DNA of 64,000 bases. It comes from Solirubrobacteraceae bacterium. GTDB lineage: Bacteria > Actinomycetota > Thermoleophilia > Solirubrobacterales > Solirubrobacteraceae. Position 1 is the first letter of the stretch. Every line of letters starts with the position of its first letter. Location of the stretch: NCBI GenBank assembly GCA_036561565.1, contig DATBPB010000066.1, positions 14,211 to 78,210 of the forward strand, written 5' to 3'. Below the pieces are notes generated by a model, which saw nothing but the letters and a program-made list of their open reading frames with translations, did not search any database and had not been told where the DNA came from. Below, piece by piece: positions 29,695-38,420 of the stretch. The translations under genes were made by a program, and so were the position numbers.

Positions 29695-30492
29695 TCAGCC
29701 GAGCCGGGGCTGGCGCATCCGGCCGGCGACGGCGACCGCCTCGACGCGCGAGTGCACGCCGAGCTTGCGCAGGATGCTCTTGGTGTGGCTGTAGACGGTG
29801 TCCTCGGAGAGGAACAGCTTGGCCGAGATCTCGCGCGTGGAATCCCCGGCGCAGATCAGGTCGAGGACCTCCCACTCGCGCGTCGTGAGCGGGCTCTTGA
29901 CGGGGCGCATGCCGGTGCCGTTCTCGGCCGTGTTGCGCAGCAGCTCGACGAGGTCGCGGGTCAGCGCGCGGCTGACCGCCGCCTCGCCGCTGGCGACCGA
30001 GCGCAGCGCGCGCGCGACAGCCTCGATGTCGGCGTTCTTGGAGAGGAAGCCCGCGGCGCCGGCGCGCAGCGCGCGGATCTCGACTTCGCGATCCTGGGGC
30101 ACCGAGAACATCACGACGCGGACCTCGGGGGCCTTGGCCGCGATCTCGCGGCAGGCGCCGATCCCGTCGAGCGCCGGCAGACCGATCTCCATCAGCACCA
30201 GCTCGGGGCGGTAGTGGGTCGCAAGCTCGACTGCCTCGACGCCGTCGCGCGCCTCCGCGGCGACCGTGAAGCCGCCGTCGGCGTGCAGCGAGTCGCGGAT
30301 CACGCGCCGCGCGAGCGGATCGGGATCGGCGATGATGATCCGCAGGCGTTCCGCGGAGCTCGTCGTTGGTGACACCAACTCGGCGCCCAGCGCCGGCACG
30401 GCGTCCCCCATGTCTGCGGACAGCTCGGCGCCGATCCCCCGAGTCGGGTGGTCGCCGTTGTGGCTGCCGTTGGTGCTCTCGCGCTTGCTCAT
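29695..30492 (-). CDS. NarL/FixJ (LuxR-HTH) response regulator, atypical receiver (Glu at phospho-acceptor position)
   Basis: 265 aa with a ~48-aa N-terminal extension. Receiver motifs: IIIADPDP…PELVLMEIGLPALDG…VVMFSV…GFLSKN. C-terminal LuxR HTH: LTTREWEVLDLICAGDSTREISAKLFLSEDTVYSHTKSILRKLGV. Confidence 0.85.
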   Translation of the reverse strand: MSKRESTNGSHNGDHPTRGIGAELSADMGDAVPALGAELVSPTTSSAERLRIIIADPDPLARRVIRDSLHADGGFTVAAEARDGVEAVELATHYRPELVLMEIGLPALDGIGACREIAAKAPEVRVVMFSVPQDREVEIRALRAGAAGFLSKNADIEAVARALRSVASGEAAVSRALTRDLVELLRNTAENGTGMRPVKSPLTTREWEVLDLICAGDSTREISAKLFLSEDTVYSHTKSILRKLGVHSRVEAVAVAGRMRQPRLG

Positions 30493-30725
30493 CGCGCTCC
30501 TTGCGACTTTCCGGATTACCCGCTCACCAGCCGGCGAGCATGGAAATCCCCCGTTTACACCTTCCTTGGTCCGAAAGATTAGGGTCCGCTCCGCTGCCCG
30601 GCTGGGTGGATTTTCACCCTCAGAGGCGGTGAGGGACCCTCTGGCGCCCGGTGATCTTATCCCGGGGGGATCATCCGGACGTCGAGCGCCTGCAAGGCCG
30701 GCGCCGGCTCGCGCGTTTCTCGAGC

Positions 30726-31196
30726 GTGAACCAGCGAGCGCTCAGGGAGGCCCCGCGTTCGGCGCGTCCGGAGGCGCGGCTCGACGCGGTGCTGCTGCAG
30801 CACACCGACGTTCTGGCGGCGCGGCGCGGCATTCTCGCGATCGCGCCCGACGTCGAGCTGTTCGAGCTGCTCGAGAGCATGGGAAACCTCCAGATCGCCT
30901 ACGCCGCCCGCTCGCGCGCCGCGGCGCTGGCCTTCGCCGACAGCTGCTTCGACGTCGTCGTGACCGACAGCCGCCGTAGCGGCGGCGTCGCCGAGCGCGC
31001 CGGTGCACGCGAGCTCTCGCGCGTGCTTCGCCCCGGCGGGCGGCTGATCGTCGCCGCCGCCTGCGCCTGCGCGCCCCAGCTGCGCCGGCGCCTTGAGTGC
31101 GAGGGCTTCCTCGTCGCGCTGGCCGCCGCCGATGAGCGCACCGAGGTTCTCGTCGGCGTCGCCGGCGAGTTCAGCGGCGCGCGCCGCGTTCGCTGA
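30726..31196 (+). CDS. Small methyltransferase-fold-like protein with degenerate SAM-binding loop
   Basis: The frame has strongly GC-rich third codon positions. Motif: FDVVVTDS…LSRVLRPGGRLIVAA. It has ILAIAPD where a GxGxG loop is expected. The start is uncertain: GTG at 30726, or 30651 as in the track. Confidence 0.4.
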   Translation: MNQRALREAPRSARPEARLDAVLLQHTDVLAARRGILAIAPDVELFELLESMGNLQIAYAARSRAAALAFADSCFDVVVTDSRRSGGVAERAGARELSRVLRPGGRLIVAAACACAPQLRRRLECEGFLVALAAADERTEVLVGVAGEFSGARRVR

Positions 31197-31413
31197 CGCG
31201 GGCGCGTGACGACACCGCCAGGCGGGTAGTCGCGCAGCGCGCCCGATCGTCGGGCGGCTGACCCGAGACGGTCCTGGCTTCGCGCTACTGTCAGCAAGCC
31301 TTACGCCGTGGGTGGTGGCTGGGTCGGTGACGGCGGGCGGGAGAGATGAGGTGGGAGTGGCTGGACGTTCATGGGGGAGCCTTGGCTCGGCTGGGCGCTT
31401 CGCGGCCTGGCGC

Positions 31414-33084
31414 ATGCCGCGCGTCCGTGTACGCATGCGGAGCGCCTGGGGAGCGCTCCTCGCGGCGTTCCTGCGACTGAGCCTGATCGCCCGCGCCGGC
31501 GTGACGCTGCTCGTCCTGGCGGCGCTGGTCAACGTGGGCGTGCTGATCGCGCAGTCCCACGACATCCTGATCTGGCTTTACTCGAACGCCGACAACGACG
31601 CGGGATTCGTGCTGCCGAAACTCGCCGGCGGCGCGGGGGGGTCGCAGATCAACCTCGGCTACCACCCGTGGTATGAGTGGTGGATCTTCGCGCGCGTGAC
31701 GGCGGGGCTGCCCGGCTCGCGTCAGCTGTGGGAGCTGTGGCCGTTGCTCGTCTCCTTCGCCGGCTTCGCCGTGATCATCTGGTGTGCCCTGGCGACACTC
31801 GGCCGCTGGGCCGCGCTGCTGACGGCGGTCGTGCTGCTCTCGACCGGTCAGGCGCTGTGGACGATCCTCTTCACGCCGGAGACTCACCTCGGCGCCGGGC
31901 TTCACGCCGGGCTCTGCTGTGCGGCGCTGCTGATCGCTCATCGCGCGGCCCGGCGCGGGTCGGGCACGGTCACGCTGCTCGGGTGGGGCCTTGCGATCGT
32001 CGTGTTGAGCGTGGTCGGCATGACCGATCAGCTGGTCGCAACCGGCGTGCTCGTCCCCTACGTGCTCGCTCCGCTGCTCTGCTGGTGGGCGATCCGCTCT
32101 CGCGCCCTGGCCGTCACGGCGCTGTTTGCGATCGTCACGGCTGCGGTGATGATCCTCGGCAGCGAGCTGATCATCCACGCGATGCACTCCAGCGCGATCG
32201 GGACGACCCCCTTTCCGATCACGTTCGTCCCGGCGAGCCTGCTGCTGGCGAACCTCGAGAACGCCGCTGCGGCGTTCGCGAACCTCGGCAACGGATCGTT
32301 CTTCGGGATCGCGGCGAGCGGCGGCGGCCTCTGGACGGCGGCCGCGGGCGTGCTCTGCCTCGTGGCCCTCGGCGCCGAGCTGCTCGGCCTCTCGCGCGCC
32401 ACCGGCCGAGCGCTGGGACCCCGCCCGGCGCGGCCTGCGCCGGAGATGGAGCCGCGTGAGCGCGTCGCGCTGTTCTCGTCCTTCTGGGGCGTGGCGCTCG
32501 TCGTCGCGCTGGCGGAGTTCACGCTCACGAACCTCGGCACCACGCCGACGGGTCGCTACCTGATCCTCGCCTGGACCGCCGCCGCGGCTCTGGTCGGCCT
32601 GCTCGCGCGAGCAGGCCGCGCACGCGAGCTGACGATCGCGGGCGTCATCGCCTTCTCGCTGCTCGCCGCGCGGGCGAGCATCGACGCCGGCGCCCCGCCG
32701 CCGTTCGCGGCCGCGCCGACCTATGCGCAGGCGGCGCAGATCGAGCAATTCGTCACCGCGCACGGCGCGAGCGTCGGCTTCGCCAGCTACTGGCAGGCCT
32801 CGCCGCTGATGTGGGAAACGCGGTTTGCCCTGCGCACCTACCCGATCGAGGCGTGCCCAACGAGCCCGCCGTTCTGCCAGTGGGTCCTCGCCTACATCGG
32901 CAGCTGGTACACGCCCGGTCACGCGCGGGCGACGTTCCTGGTCACATCGTCGATCGCCGAGCCGACCGACACGATCACCGCTCCGGCGCCCAATCTCGGC
33001 CCGCCGCTCGCGGCGGCCACCGTCGGCCCCTACGTCGTCGACGTCTACCCCTACGACATCAGGCGCTCGTTCGGCGTCTGGTGA
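31414..33084 (+). CDS. Polytopic membrane protein of unknown function (Wzy-like polymerase or GT-C candidate)
   Basis: It has 10 or more hydrophobic helices followed by a ~130-aa soluble C-terminus (…QFVTAHGASVGFASYWQASPLMWE…). ATG at 31414 or 31435; the track ORF starts at 31312. Confidence 0.6.
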   Translation: MPRVRVRMRSAWGALLAAFLRLSLIARAGVTLLVLAALVNVGVLIAQSHDILIWLYSNADNDAGFVLPKLAGGAGGSQINLGYHPWYEWWIFARVTAGLPGSRQLWELWPLLVSFAGFAVIIWCALATLGRWAALLTAVVLLSTGQALWTILFTPETHLGAGLHAGLCCAALLIAHRAARRGSGTVTLLGWGLAIVVLSVVGMTDQLVATGVLVPYVLAPLLCWWAIRSRALAVTALFAIVTAAVMILGSELIIHAMHSSAIGTTPFPITFVPASLLLANLENAAAAFANLGNGSFFGIAASGGGLWTAAAGVLCLVALGAELLGLSRATGRALGPRPARPAPEMEPRERVALFSSFWGVALVVALAEFTLTNLGTTPTGRYLILAWTAAAALVGLLARAGRARELTIAGVIAFSLLAARASIDAGAPPPFAAAPTYAQAAQIEQFVTAHGASVGFASYWQASPLMWETRFALRTYPIEACPTSPPFCQWVLAYIGSWYTPGHARATFLVTSSIAEPTDTITAPAPNLGPPLAAATVGPYVVDVYPYDIRRSFGVW

Positions 33085-33329
33085 GGCGCTCGCGAGCGCG
33101 CCCGGCGGACGCGAGCTCTAGCAGCAGCTCGACGCGGCGCGGTAGCCGACGCGCGTCGTGGCCGGCGTCTGGATCGCGGCCGAGTTGACGCGGCGCAGGC
33201 GGCCGTGCGGTGCGCGCGGCGTGCCGCCCAGCATCAGCGTCGGGCTCGCCGCGCAACGGATGCTGCGGCGGACGGCGCGGCGCGAGGCCGTGCCGGGGGC
33301 TGCGGTGCAGGTGTTGCTTCGCATCGCGA

Positions 33330-33995
33330 TCAGGCCGCCAGCGTCGTCGGGGCCGCACCGAGCCGCGTCAGCTCGGCGCGCAGGGCGCGGCGGCCGCGGT
33401 GGTGGAGGCCGTTGATGGCGCTTTCGCTGCGTCCGAGGCGCCGCGCGATCTCGGCCGGCGCGAGGCCGCCGAGGTGGCGCAGGACGATGATCTGACGCTG
33501 ATCCTCGGGCAGCACCTCGAGCGCGCTGCGAAGGATCTCGCGGCGGTCGCTGGCGGCGCCGTCGTCGGGCGTTGAGGCCAGCACCGGCTCGGCGACCGGG
33601 ATCGCACGCCGCTGGCGCAGGTGATCGATCGCGGCGTTGCGCGCGAGGCGCACGAGCCAGCTGAGGAACGGGGCGCCGCGGTCCTCGTAGCGGGCGAGGC
33701 TGTCGCTCAGCTTGGCGAAGACCTGCTGGGTGACGTCCTCGGCCTCGTGGTGGTTGCGCAGGATCGAGCCGACGTAGCTGTACACGTTGTCGGCGTAGCG
33801 GATGTAGAGGAAGCGGATCGCGTCGGCGTCGCCGGCCTTCGCGCGCTCGACGGCGAGGCTTGTCGCGCGGGCCGCGTCCGGGCTCTCGATGGCGGCGCTG
33901 CGCAGGCGGAAGGCGACAATCGGTGCAGGGTCGTGCGCCCGGCGAGCCTGCGTGGCCTGGCGATGGGGAGCTTGCGGAGTGGCGGTCGGTGTCAT
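33330..33995 (-). CDS. ECF-type sigma-70 family RNA polymerase sigma factor
   Basis: 221 aa. Region 2: FLYIRYADNVYSYVGSILRNHHEAEDVTQQVFAKL…FLSWLVRLARNAAIDHLR. Region 4: LPEDQRQIIVLRHLGGLAPAEIARRLGRSESAINGLHHRGRRAL. It has a ~55-aa N-terminal extension. Confidence 0.85.
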   Translation of the reverse strand: MTPTATPQAPHRQATQARRAHDPAPIVAFRLRSAAIESPDAARATSLAVERAKAGDADAIRFLYIRYADNVYSYVGSILRNHHEAEDVTQQVFAKLSDSLARYEDRGAPFLSWLVRLARNAAIDHLRQRRAIPVAEPVLASTPDDGAASDRREILRSALEVLPEDQRQIIVLRHLGGLAPAEIARRLGRSESAINGLHHRGRRALRAELTRLGAAPTTLAA

Positions 33996-34167
33996 GCCTG
34001 AAGACTCAGGCTTGACTGCCTACCCGGTGGGGTGATCTTCGGCTACCCCACAGGTGAGAAAACTCACCCCGCGGTTCGGCCCGTTTTTCGCGCGATCTTC
34101 ACCACGGACCGCCTGCAGTTCCCCCAATCATGAGCTCTTCTTTACCTCTAGCATCCTCGGATTCGCG

Positions 34168-34869
34168 ATGTCAACGCCGGAGACCCTCAGCGATGCCCCG
34201 CACGGCGGGGCCCAGGCCGTCATACGGCTGGTGCTCGTCGATCGTGACGCGCTGGCCCGCCGCGGCATGCGCGAGACGGTCACGGGCGGGGGCGAGTTCG
34301 TCGTCGCGGGCGAGGCCGCGCACGAGTCGGAGGCGCTGGCCTGCGTACGCCGCGAGCGCCCCGACCTGGTGCTGATCGACATCGGCTACCCGCTCCTCGA
34401 CGGGATCGCCACAGCGCGCGAGCTGCGCCGCCAGATCCCCTCGACGCGGATCGTCTTCTGCTCGATCACCGACGACGAGGACACCGCCGTGCGCGCCTTG
34501 CGCGCGGGCGCCGTCGGCTACGTGCGCAAGGACCTCGAGTACGGCCCCCTGTCACGCGCGCTGCGCGGAGCGCTCGCCGGCGAGGCGGCGATCTCTCGCC
34601 AGCTCGGGATGCGCCTGATCGAGGAGCTCTACCGCCACAGCGAGCCGTCCCAGCGTCTTCGTCCCGCCGGGGGCGAGCTGACCACGCGCGAATGGCAGGT
34701 CCTCGACCTGCTGATCGACGGCGCCGGAACGGCCGACATCGCCGAGACGCTCGGCTTGGCGATCGAGACGGTCCGAAGCCACATCAAGCACGTCCTGCGC
34801 AAGCTCGGCGTGCGCACGCGCGGCGAAGCGGTCGAGATCGCGCGGCGGCTGCGCGGCCGGCGTCGCTGA
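34168..34869 (+). CDS. NarL/FixJ (LuxR-HTH) response regulator
   Basis: In-frame ATG at 34168. Receiver motifs: LVLVDRDALARR…PDLVLIDIGYPLLDG…IVFCSI…GYVRKD. HTH: LTTREWQVLDLLIDGAGTADIAETLGLAIETVRSHIKHVLRKLGV. Confidence 0.85.
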   Translation: MSTPETLSDAPHGGAQAVIRLVLVDRDALARRGMRETVTGGGEFVVAGEAAHESEALACVRRERPDLVLIDIGYPLLDGIATARELRRQIPSTRIVFCSITDDEDTAVRALRAGAVGYVRKDLEYGPLSRALRGALAGEAAISRQLGMRLIEELYRHSEPSQRLRPAGGELTTREWQVLDLLIDGAGTADIAETLGLAIETVRSHIKHVLRKLGVRTRGEAVEIARRLRGRRR

Positions 34870-34882
34870 ACGCCGTGGCGGC

Positions 34883-34910
34883 AGGATTCTCAGGCCCGCG
34901 CGAGAATCCT
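34883..34910 (+). terminator. Hairpin immediately downstream of the response-regulator gene (candidate intrinsic terminator)
   Basis: AGGATTCTC (34883-34891) and GAGAATCCT (34902-34910) form a 9-bp perfect stem with a 10-nt loop, 14 nt after the TGA at 34867-34869. There is no clear U-tract. Confidence 0.4.
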
Positions 34911-35035
34911 CCCTTCGTCGCCCGCCGCTTGGGGGCGAAGATCACCAACTTCTTCGACGATACCTCACCGATGAGCTCTGCACGGACGCAGCGAGAGTCG
35001 TCCGGCGAGATCCAGTCAGAGGGGGCAGCAGCGTC

Positions 35036-35419
35036 GTGAGGCATCTAACAGCAGCAGCAGCCGAGACAGAGCAGATCGGCGCCGTCGCGGCGCAGGCCCT
35101 GTCGGACATCCACTCCGCGCTCTACGGCCAGCCGCCGCGGGCGAGCAGGGCCTGGATCGAGGGCGACGCGATCCTGCTCGTGATGCGGCTGCCGGTCGAC
35201 GGCGCGGCTCGCCGCGGCGACCCGCCGCTCGGCGCGATCCAGAAGATGGTCTCCGCGACCGTCCAGCGGCGAACCGGCGTGTCACTGCGCACCGCCGGTT
35301 CGAACGCCGACACCGACCGCGGCCTCGTCGTGCTCGCCTTCGAGCGGCTGCGCGCCGGCACCGACGCCCTCGAGGAGGACGCGGAGTTGCCCGCCGGACC
35401 CGTCTTGGGCTCTGGCTGA
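35036..35419 (+). CDS. Small cytoplasmic protein, DUF2294/MpsC-like (tentative)
   Basis: 127 aa with a GTG start. The layout …YGQPPRASRAWIEGDAILLVMRL…IQKMVSATVQRRTGVSLR…LVVLAFERL resembles the DUF2294 pattern from memory. Confidence 0.45.
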   Translation: MRHLTAAAAETEQIGAVAAQALSDIHSALYGQPPRASRAWIEGDAILLVMRLPVDGAARRGDPPLGAIQKMVSATVQRRTGVSLRTAGSNADTDRGLVVLAFERLRAGTDALEEDAELPAGPVLGSG

Positions 35420-35453
35420 GCGCCCCGAGCCCGCTCCACCGCCGAGCGCTGAG

Positions 35454-36209
35454 GTGCTCGGCATCCCCCTCGCGATCACCTCCTACGCCGAGGTGGCCGA
35501 CTGGATCGAGGCGATGCTGGCGAGCGGCTCGCGGGGCAGCGTGTCCGCCGCCGCCGTCCATCTCGTGATGCGCGCCCAGGAGAGCGCGGAGGTGATGGCG
35601 GCCGTCCTCGCCGCGACGCTCGTCGTCCCCGACGGCCAGCCGCTCGTCTGGGCGCTTCATGCCCTCGGCCACCGCGCCGCGACGCGCGTCTACGGTCCCG
35701 ACCTGATGGCGCTGTGCTGCCAGCGCGCGGCGGCGGCGGGTACCCCGATGTACCTCTACGGCGGTCGCGACGAGGCCGCGCTCGACGCCCTCCGCGCCGC
35801 GCTCGTGGAACGCCATCCGGGAATCGCGATCGCCGGCGGCTTCTCGCCGCCCCACCGCGAGCTGACGGCGCAGGAGGAGGACGCGGTGGTCGCGCGCATC
35901 GAGGACTCGGGCGCGCAGATCGTCTGGGTCGGGATCGGCCAGCCGCGCCAGGAGCAGTGGATGGCGCGGATGCGCGGGCGGCTGAGCGCCCCGATGCTGG
36001 CGGCGGTCGGGGCGGCGTTTGACTTTCACGCCGGCCTCGTCCCGCAGGCGCCGGCGTGGATGGGCCGCCGCGGCCTCGAGTGGAGCTACCGCCTGGCTCG
36101 CGAGCCGCGCCGGCTGTGGCGGCGCTACGCGCGCTACAACCCGCGCTTCGTCGCCGCCTTCGCCCGCCAGTACGCCGCTGCGCGGCGCCGCGGCGGCGCG
36201 AGGGAATAG
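35454..36209 (+). CDS. WecB/TagA/CpsF-family (GT26) glycosyltransferase
   Basis: 251 aa. Motifs: LGIPLAITSYAEV…VVPDGQPLVWA…YLYGG…IVWVGIGQPRQEQWM…GAAFDFHAG…. Confidence 0.85.
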   Translation: MLGIPLAITSYAEVADWIEAMLASGSRGSVSAAAVHLVMRAQESAEVMAAVLAATLVVPDGQPLVWALHALGHRAATRVYGPDLMALCCQRAAAAGTPMYLYGGRDEAALDALRAALVERHPGIAIAGGFSPPHRELTAQEEDAVVARIEDSGAQIVWVGIGQPRQEQWMARMRGRLSAPMLAAVGAAFDFHAGLVPQAPAWMGRRGLEWSYRLAREPRRLWRRYARYNPRFVAAFARQYAAARRRGGARE

Positions 36210-36222
36210 CCTCTCTGCGCGG

Positions 36223-37458
36223 ATGAGCTACGACGTCGCGATCGTCGGCCTCGGGCGGGTCGGACTGCCCCTTGCACTGGCCTTCGCCGACCACGGCCTG
36301 AGCGTCCTCGGCATCGACAACGACGCCGAGCGGCTGGCGGCGGTGCGAGCGCGCGAGATGCCGTTTCGCGAACCGGGCGCCCAGGAGCTCCTCGACCGCC
36401 TCGATATCGGGCTGTCGGCGGAGGTCGGCGACGCCACGGACGCGCGCCACATCGTGCTGACGCTCGGAACGCCGTCCTTCTCGCACATCGAGATCGACAT
36501 CAGCCAGATCCGCTCGGCGGTCGATCAGCTCGCGGGTGGCCTCGGCGGCGGGCAGTCGCTGGTGCTGCGCTCGACGGTCGGCCCCGGCACGACCGACTTC
36601 GTCGCGGCCTACCTGCACCGCCACACCGGCCTCGTCGTCGGGCGCGACATCTATGTCGCCCACGCACCGGAGCGGATCGCCGCGAGCCGCTTCTTCTCCG
36701 AGATCGGAACCCTCCCGTGCATCGTCGGCGGCGCCGAGCCCGAGAGCGGGCGCGTCGTCGGCGAGCTGTTCGCGCTGCTCGGCGCGCCGGTCGTGCAGAC
36801 GACGGCCGTGCACGCCGAGCTCGCGAAGATCTGGACCAACATCCTTCGCTACTCGACGTTCGCCCTGCCGAACCTGCTGATGATGGACTGCGAGCAGTAC
36901 GACGCGAACGTCTTCGAGGTGATCGAGCTGATCAACCGCGACTACCCGCGCGGCGGGATCGCGATGCCCGGCCTGACCGCCGGGAGCTGCCTGCGCAAGG
37001 ACTTCGCCTTCTCCGAGGAGCGCTCCAACTCGCCGGGGATGCTGCTCGCCGTCTCGCGCGTCAACGAGTCGGTGCCGCTGTTTCTGGTGCGCGGGCTGGC
37101 GCGGCGGCTGGGCTCGCTCGAGGGCCGCCGCGTCGGAGTGCTCGGGCTGGCTTTCAAGTCCGACACCGATGACGAGCGGGACAGCCTCTCGCACAAGCTG
37201 ATCCGCCTACTCGAGCGCGAGCTCGCCGAGGTCGCCGTCCACGACCCCGTCGTCGCGACCACCACGGCGCCGCTGGCCGACGTCGTCGCCGGCGCCGACG
37301 CGATCGTCGTCGCCACCGACCACAGCGAGTTTCGCCGGCCGCAGACGCTCGCGGCGATCGCCGCAGGCGCGGGGCCCGAATGCCTGATCGCCGACCCCTG
37401 GAACTGCTGGGGGTCGGGGCAGCTGTTCGCCTACGTCTCGGAGATCTCGGCTGCGTGA
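36223..37458 (+). CDS. Nucleotide-sugar dehydrogenase (UDP-glucose/GDP-mannose dehydrogenase family)
   Basis: In-frame ATG at 36223. Motifs: YDVAIVGLGRVGLPLALAFA, …AGSCLRKD… (catalytic Cys), and LGLAFKSDTDDERDS. Confidence 0.85.
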   Translation: MSYDVAIVGLGRVGLPLALAFADHGLSVLGIDNDAERLAAVRAREMPFREPGAQELLDRLDIGLSAEVGDATDARHIVLTLGTPSFSHIEIDISQIRSAVDQLAGGLGGGQSLVLRSTVGPGTTDFVAAYLHRHTGLVVGRDIYVAHAPERIAASRFFSEIGTLPCIVGGAEPESGRVVGELFALLGAPVVQTTAVHAELAKIWTNILRYSTFALPNLLMMDCEQYDANVFEVIELINRDYPRGGIAMPGLTAGSCLRKDFAFSEERSNSPGMLLAVSRVNESVPLFLVRGLARRLGSLEGRRVGVLGLAFKSDTDDERDSLSHKLIRLLERELAEVAVHDPVVATTTAPLADVVAGADAIVVATDHSEFRRPQTLAAIAAGAGPECLIADPWNCWGSGQLFAYVSEISAA

Positions 37459-38420
37459 GCCGCGTCCTGGTCACCGGCGGCGCGGGGATGATCGGCCAGG
37501 CGATCGTGCGCCGGCTCGTGCGCGACCCGGACTTCGAGGTGCGCGTCTCCGACGAGCGCGAGGCGCCGAGCTGGATCCGCGAGGCCGCCGAGGTGCACAC
37601 CGGCGACCTGCGCGAGCCGGCCGTGGCGCGCGCGGCGGTCGCGGGGGCCACGCACGTCATCCACTGCGCGGCGATCGTCGGCGGCATCGCCAACTTCCAC
37701 CGCCTCCCCTACACGCTCACCGAGGTCAACAACGCCCTCTACAACGGCGTGATCGGGGCCGCGATCGAGCAGGGCGTGGAGCGCTTCGTCTACATCTCGA
37801 GCTCGATGGTGTTCGAGCGCGCCGAGGTCTTCCCGACGCCTGAGGAGCACATCCACGAATGCCTCCCGCCGCGCTCGGCCTACGGCTTCTCGAAGCTGAC
37901 CGGCGAGGTCTACTGCCGCGCCGCCCACGAGCAGTTCGGCCTCCCCTACACGATCTGCCGCCCCTTCAACGCCTACGGACCGGGCGAGATGCCGGCCGAT
38001 GAGCCGGGGATCGCGCACGCCGTGCCGGACCTGATCCGCAAGGTCCTCGGCGGCCAGCGGCCGCTTGCGATCTTCGGCTCGGGGGAGCAGACGCGGACCC
38101 TGACCCACGTCGACGACATCGCCGCGGGCGTGGTCGCGGCGCTGCGCTCGCCGGCCGCGCTGAACGAGGACTTCAACATCTCGGCATCGCGGGAGCTGAC
38201 CGTTGCCGAGATCGCGCGCGCCGTCTGGGAGGCCTGCGGCGAAGACCCGGCGGAGTTCGCGCTGGATCATTTGCCAAGCTTCCCGGTCGACGTCCAGCGC
38301 CGCTGGCCCTCGGTCGAGAAGGCGCGACGGCTGTTGGCGTGGGAGGCTGCGATCGAGTTGTCCGAAGGCATCGCCGCGACCGTGCGGTGGTTGCGCGAAC
38401 GGGAGGTGCTGGCCAGTTGA
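37455..38420 (+). CDS. NAD-dependent epimerase/dehydratase (extended SDR)
   Basis: GTG at 37455 overlaps the upstream stop (GTGA). Motifs: [22 protein letters not shown], and [11 protein letters not shown] (YxxxK). Confidence 0.8.
   Translation: MSRVLVTGGAGMIGQAIVRRLVRDPDFEVRVSDEREAPSWIREAAEVHTGDLREPAVARAAVAGATHVIHCAAIVGGIANFHRLPYTLTEVNNALYNGVIGAAIEQGVERFVYISSSMVFERAEVFPTPEEHIHECLPPRSAYGFSKLTGEVYCRAAHEQFGLPYTICRPFNAYGPGEMPADEPGIAHAVPDLIRKVLGGQRPLAIFGSGEQTRTLTHVDDIAAGVVAALRSPAALNEDFNISASRELTVAEIARAVWEACGEDPAEFALDHLPSFPVDVQRRWPSVEKARRLLAWEAAIELSEGIAATVRWLREREVLAS

Noticed and set aside
30648-30656. The 9-mer GGTGATCTT, shared between the upstream regions of the two response-regulator genes (30648-30656 and 34031-34039), considered as a common operator.
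   Set aside because: A single 9-nt match between two ~160-bp regions is expected by chance at roughly the 0.2 level. I found no second shared half-site or palindromic partner.
33118-33324. The 68-aa minus-strand ORF 5 nt downstream of the ECF sigma gene (MRSNTCTAAPGTASRR…YRAASSCC), considered as a small anti-sigma factor or Cys-terminated peptide.
   Set aside because: Third-codon-position GC is very high (about 63 of 68 codons), which is coding-like. However, the peptide has no Asp, Glu, Lys, Phe or Trp and has 12 Arg, which is typical of spurious ORFs. It has no zinc-binding HxxxCxxC motif, no TM helix and no Shine-Dalgarno sequence. The same GC3 phase is shared by a plus-strand ORF (33158..33415) that is equally unconvincing. 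I leave it unresolved rather than called. Ribosome profiling, or conservation of the ORF downstream of orthologous sigma genes, would settle it.
35476-37194. The 572-aa minus-strand ORF spanning the GT26 and sugar-dehydrogenase genes.
   Set aside because: It is an antisense shadow. Its C-terminal half is almost pure Arg/Pro/Ala/Gly/Ser. The plus strand encodes clear WecG/TagA-like and nucleotide-sugar dehydrogenase proteins.
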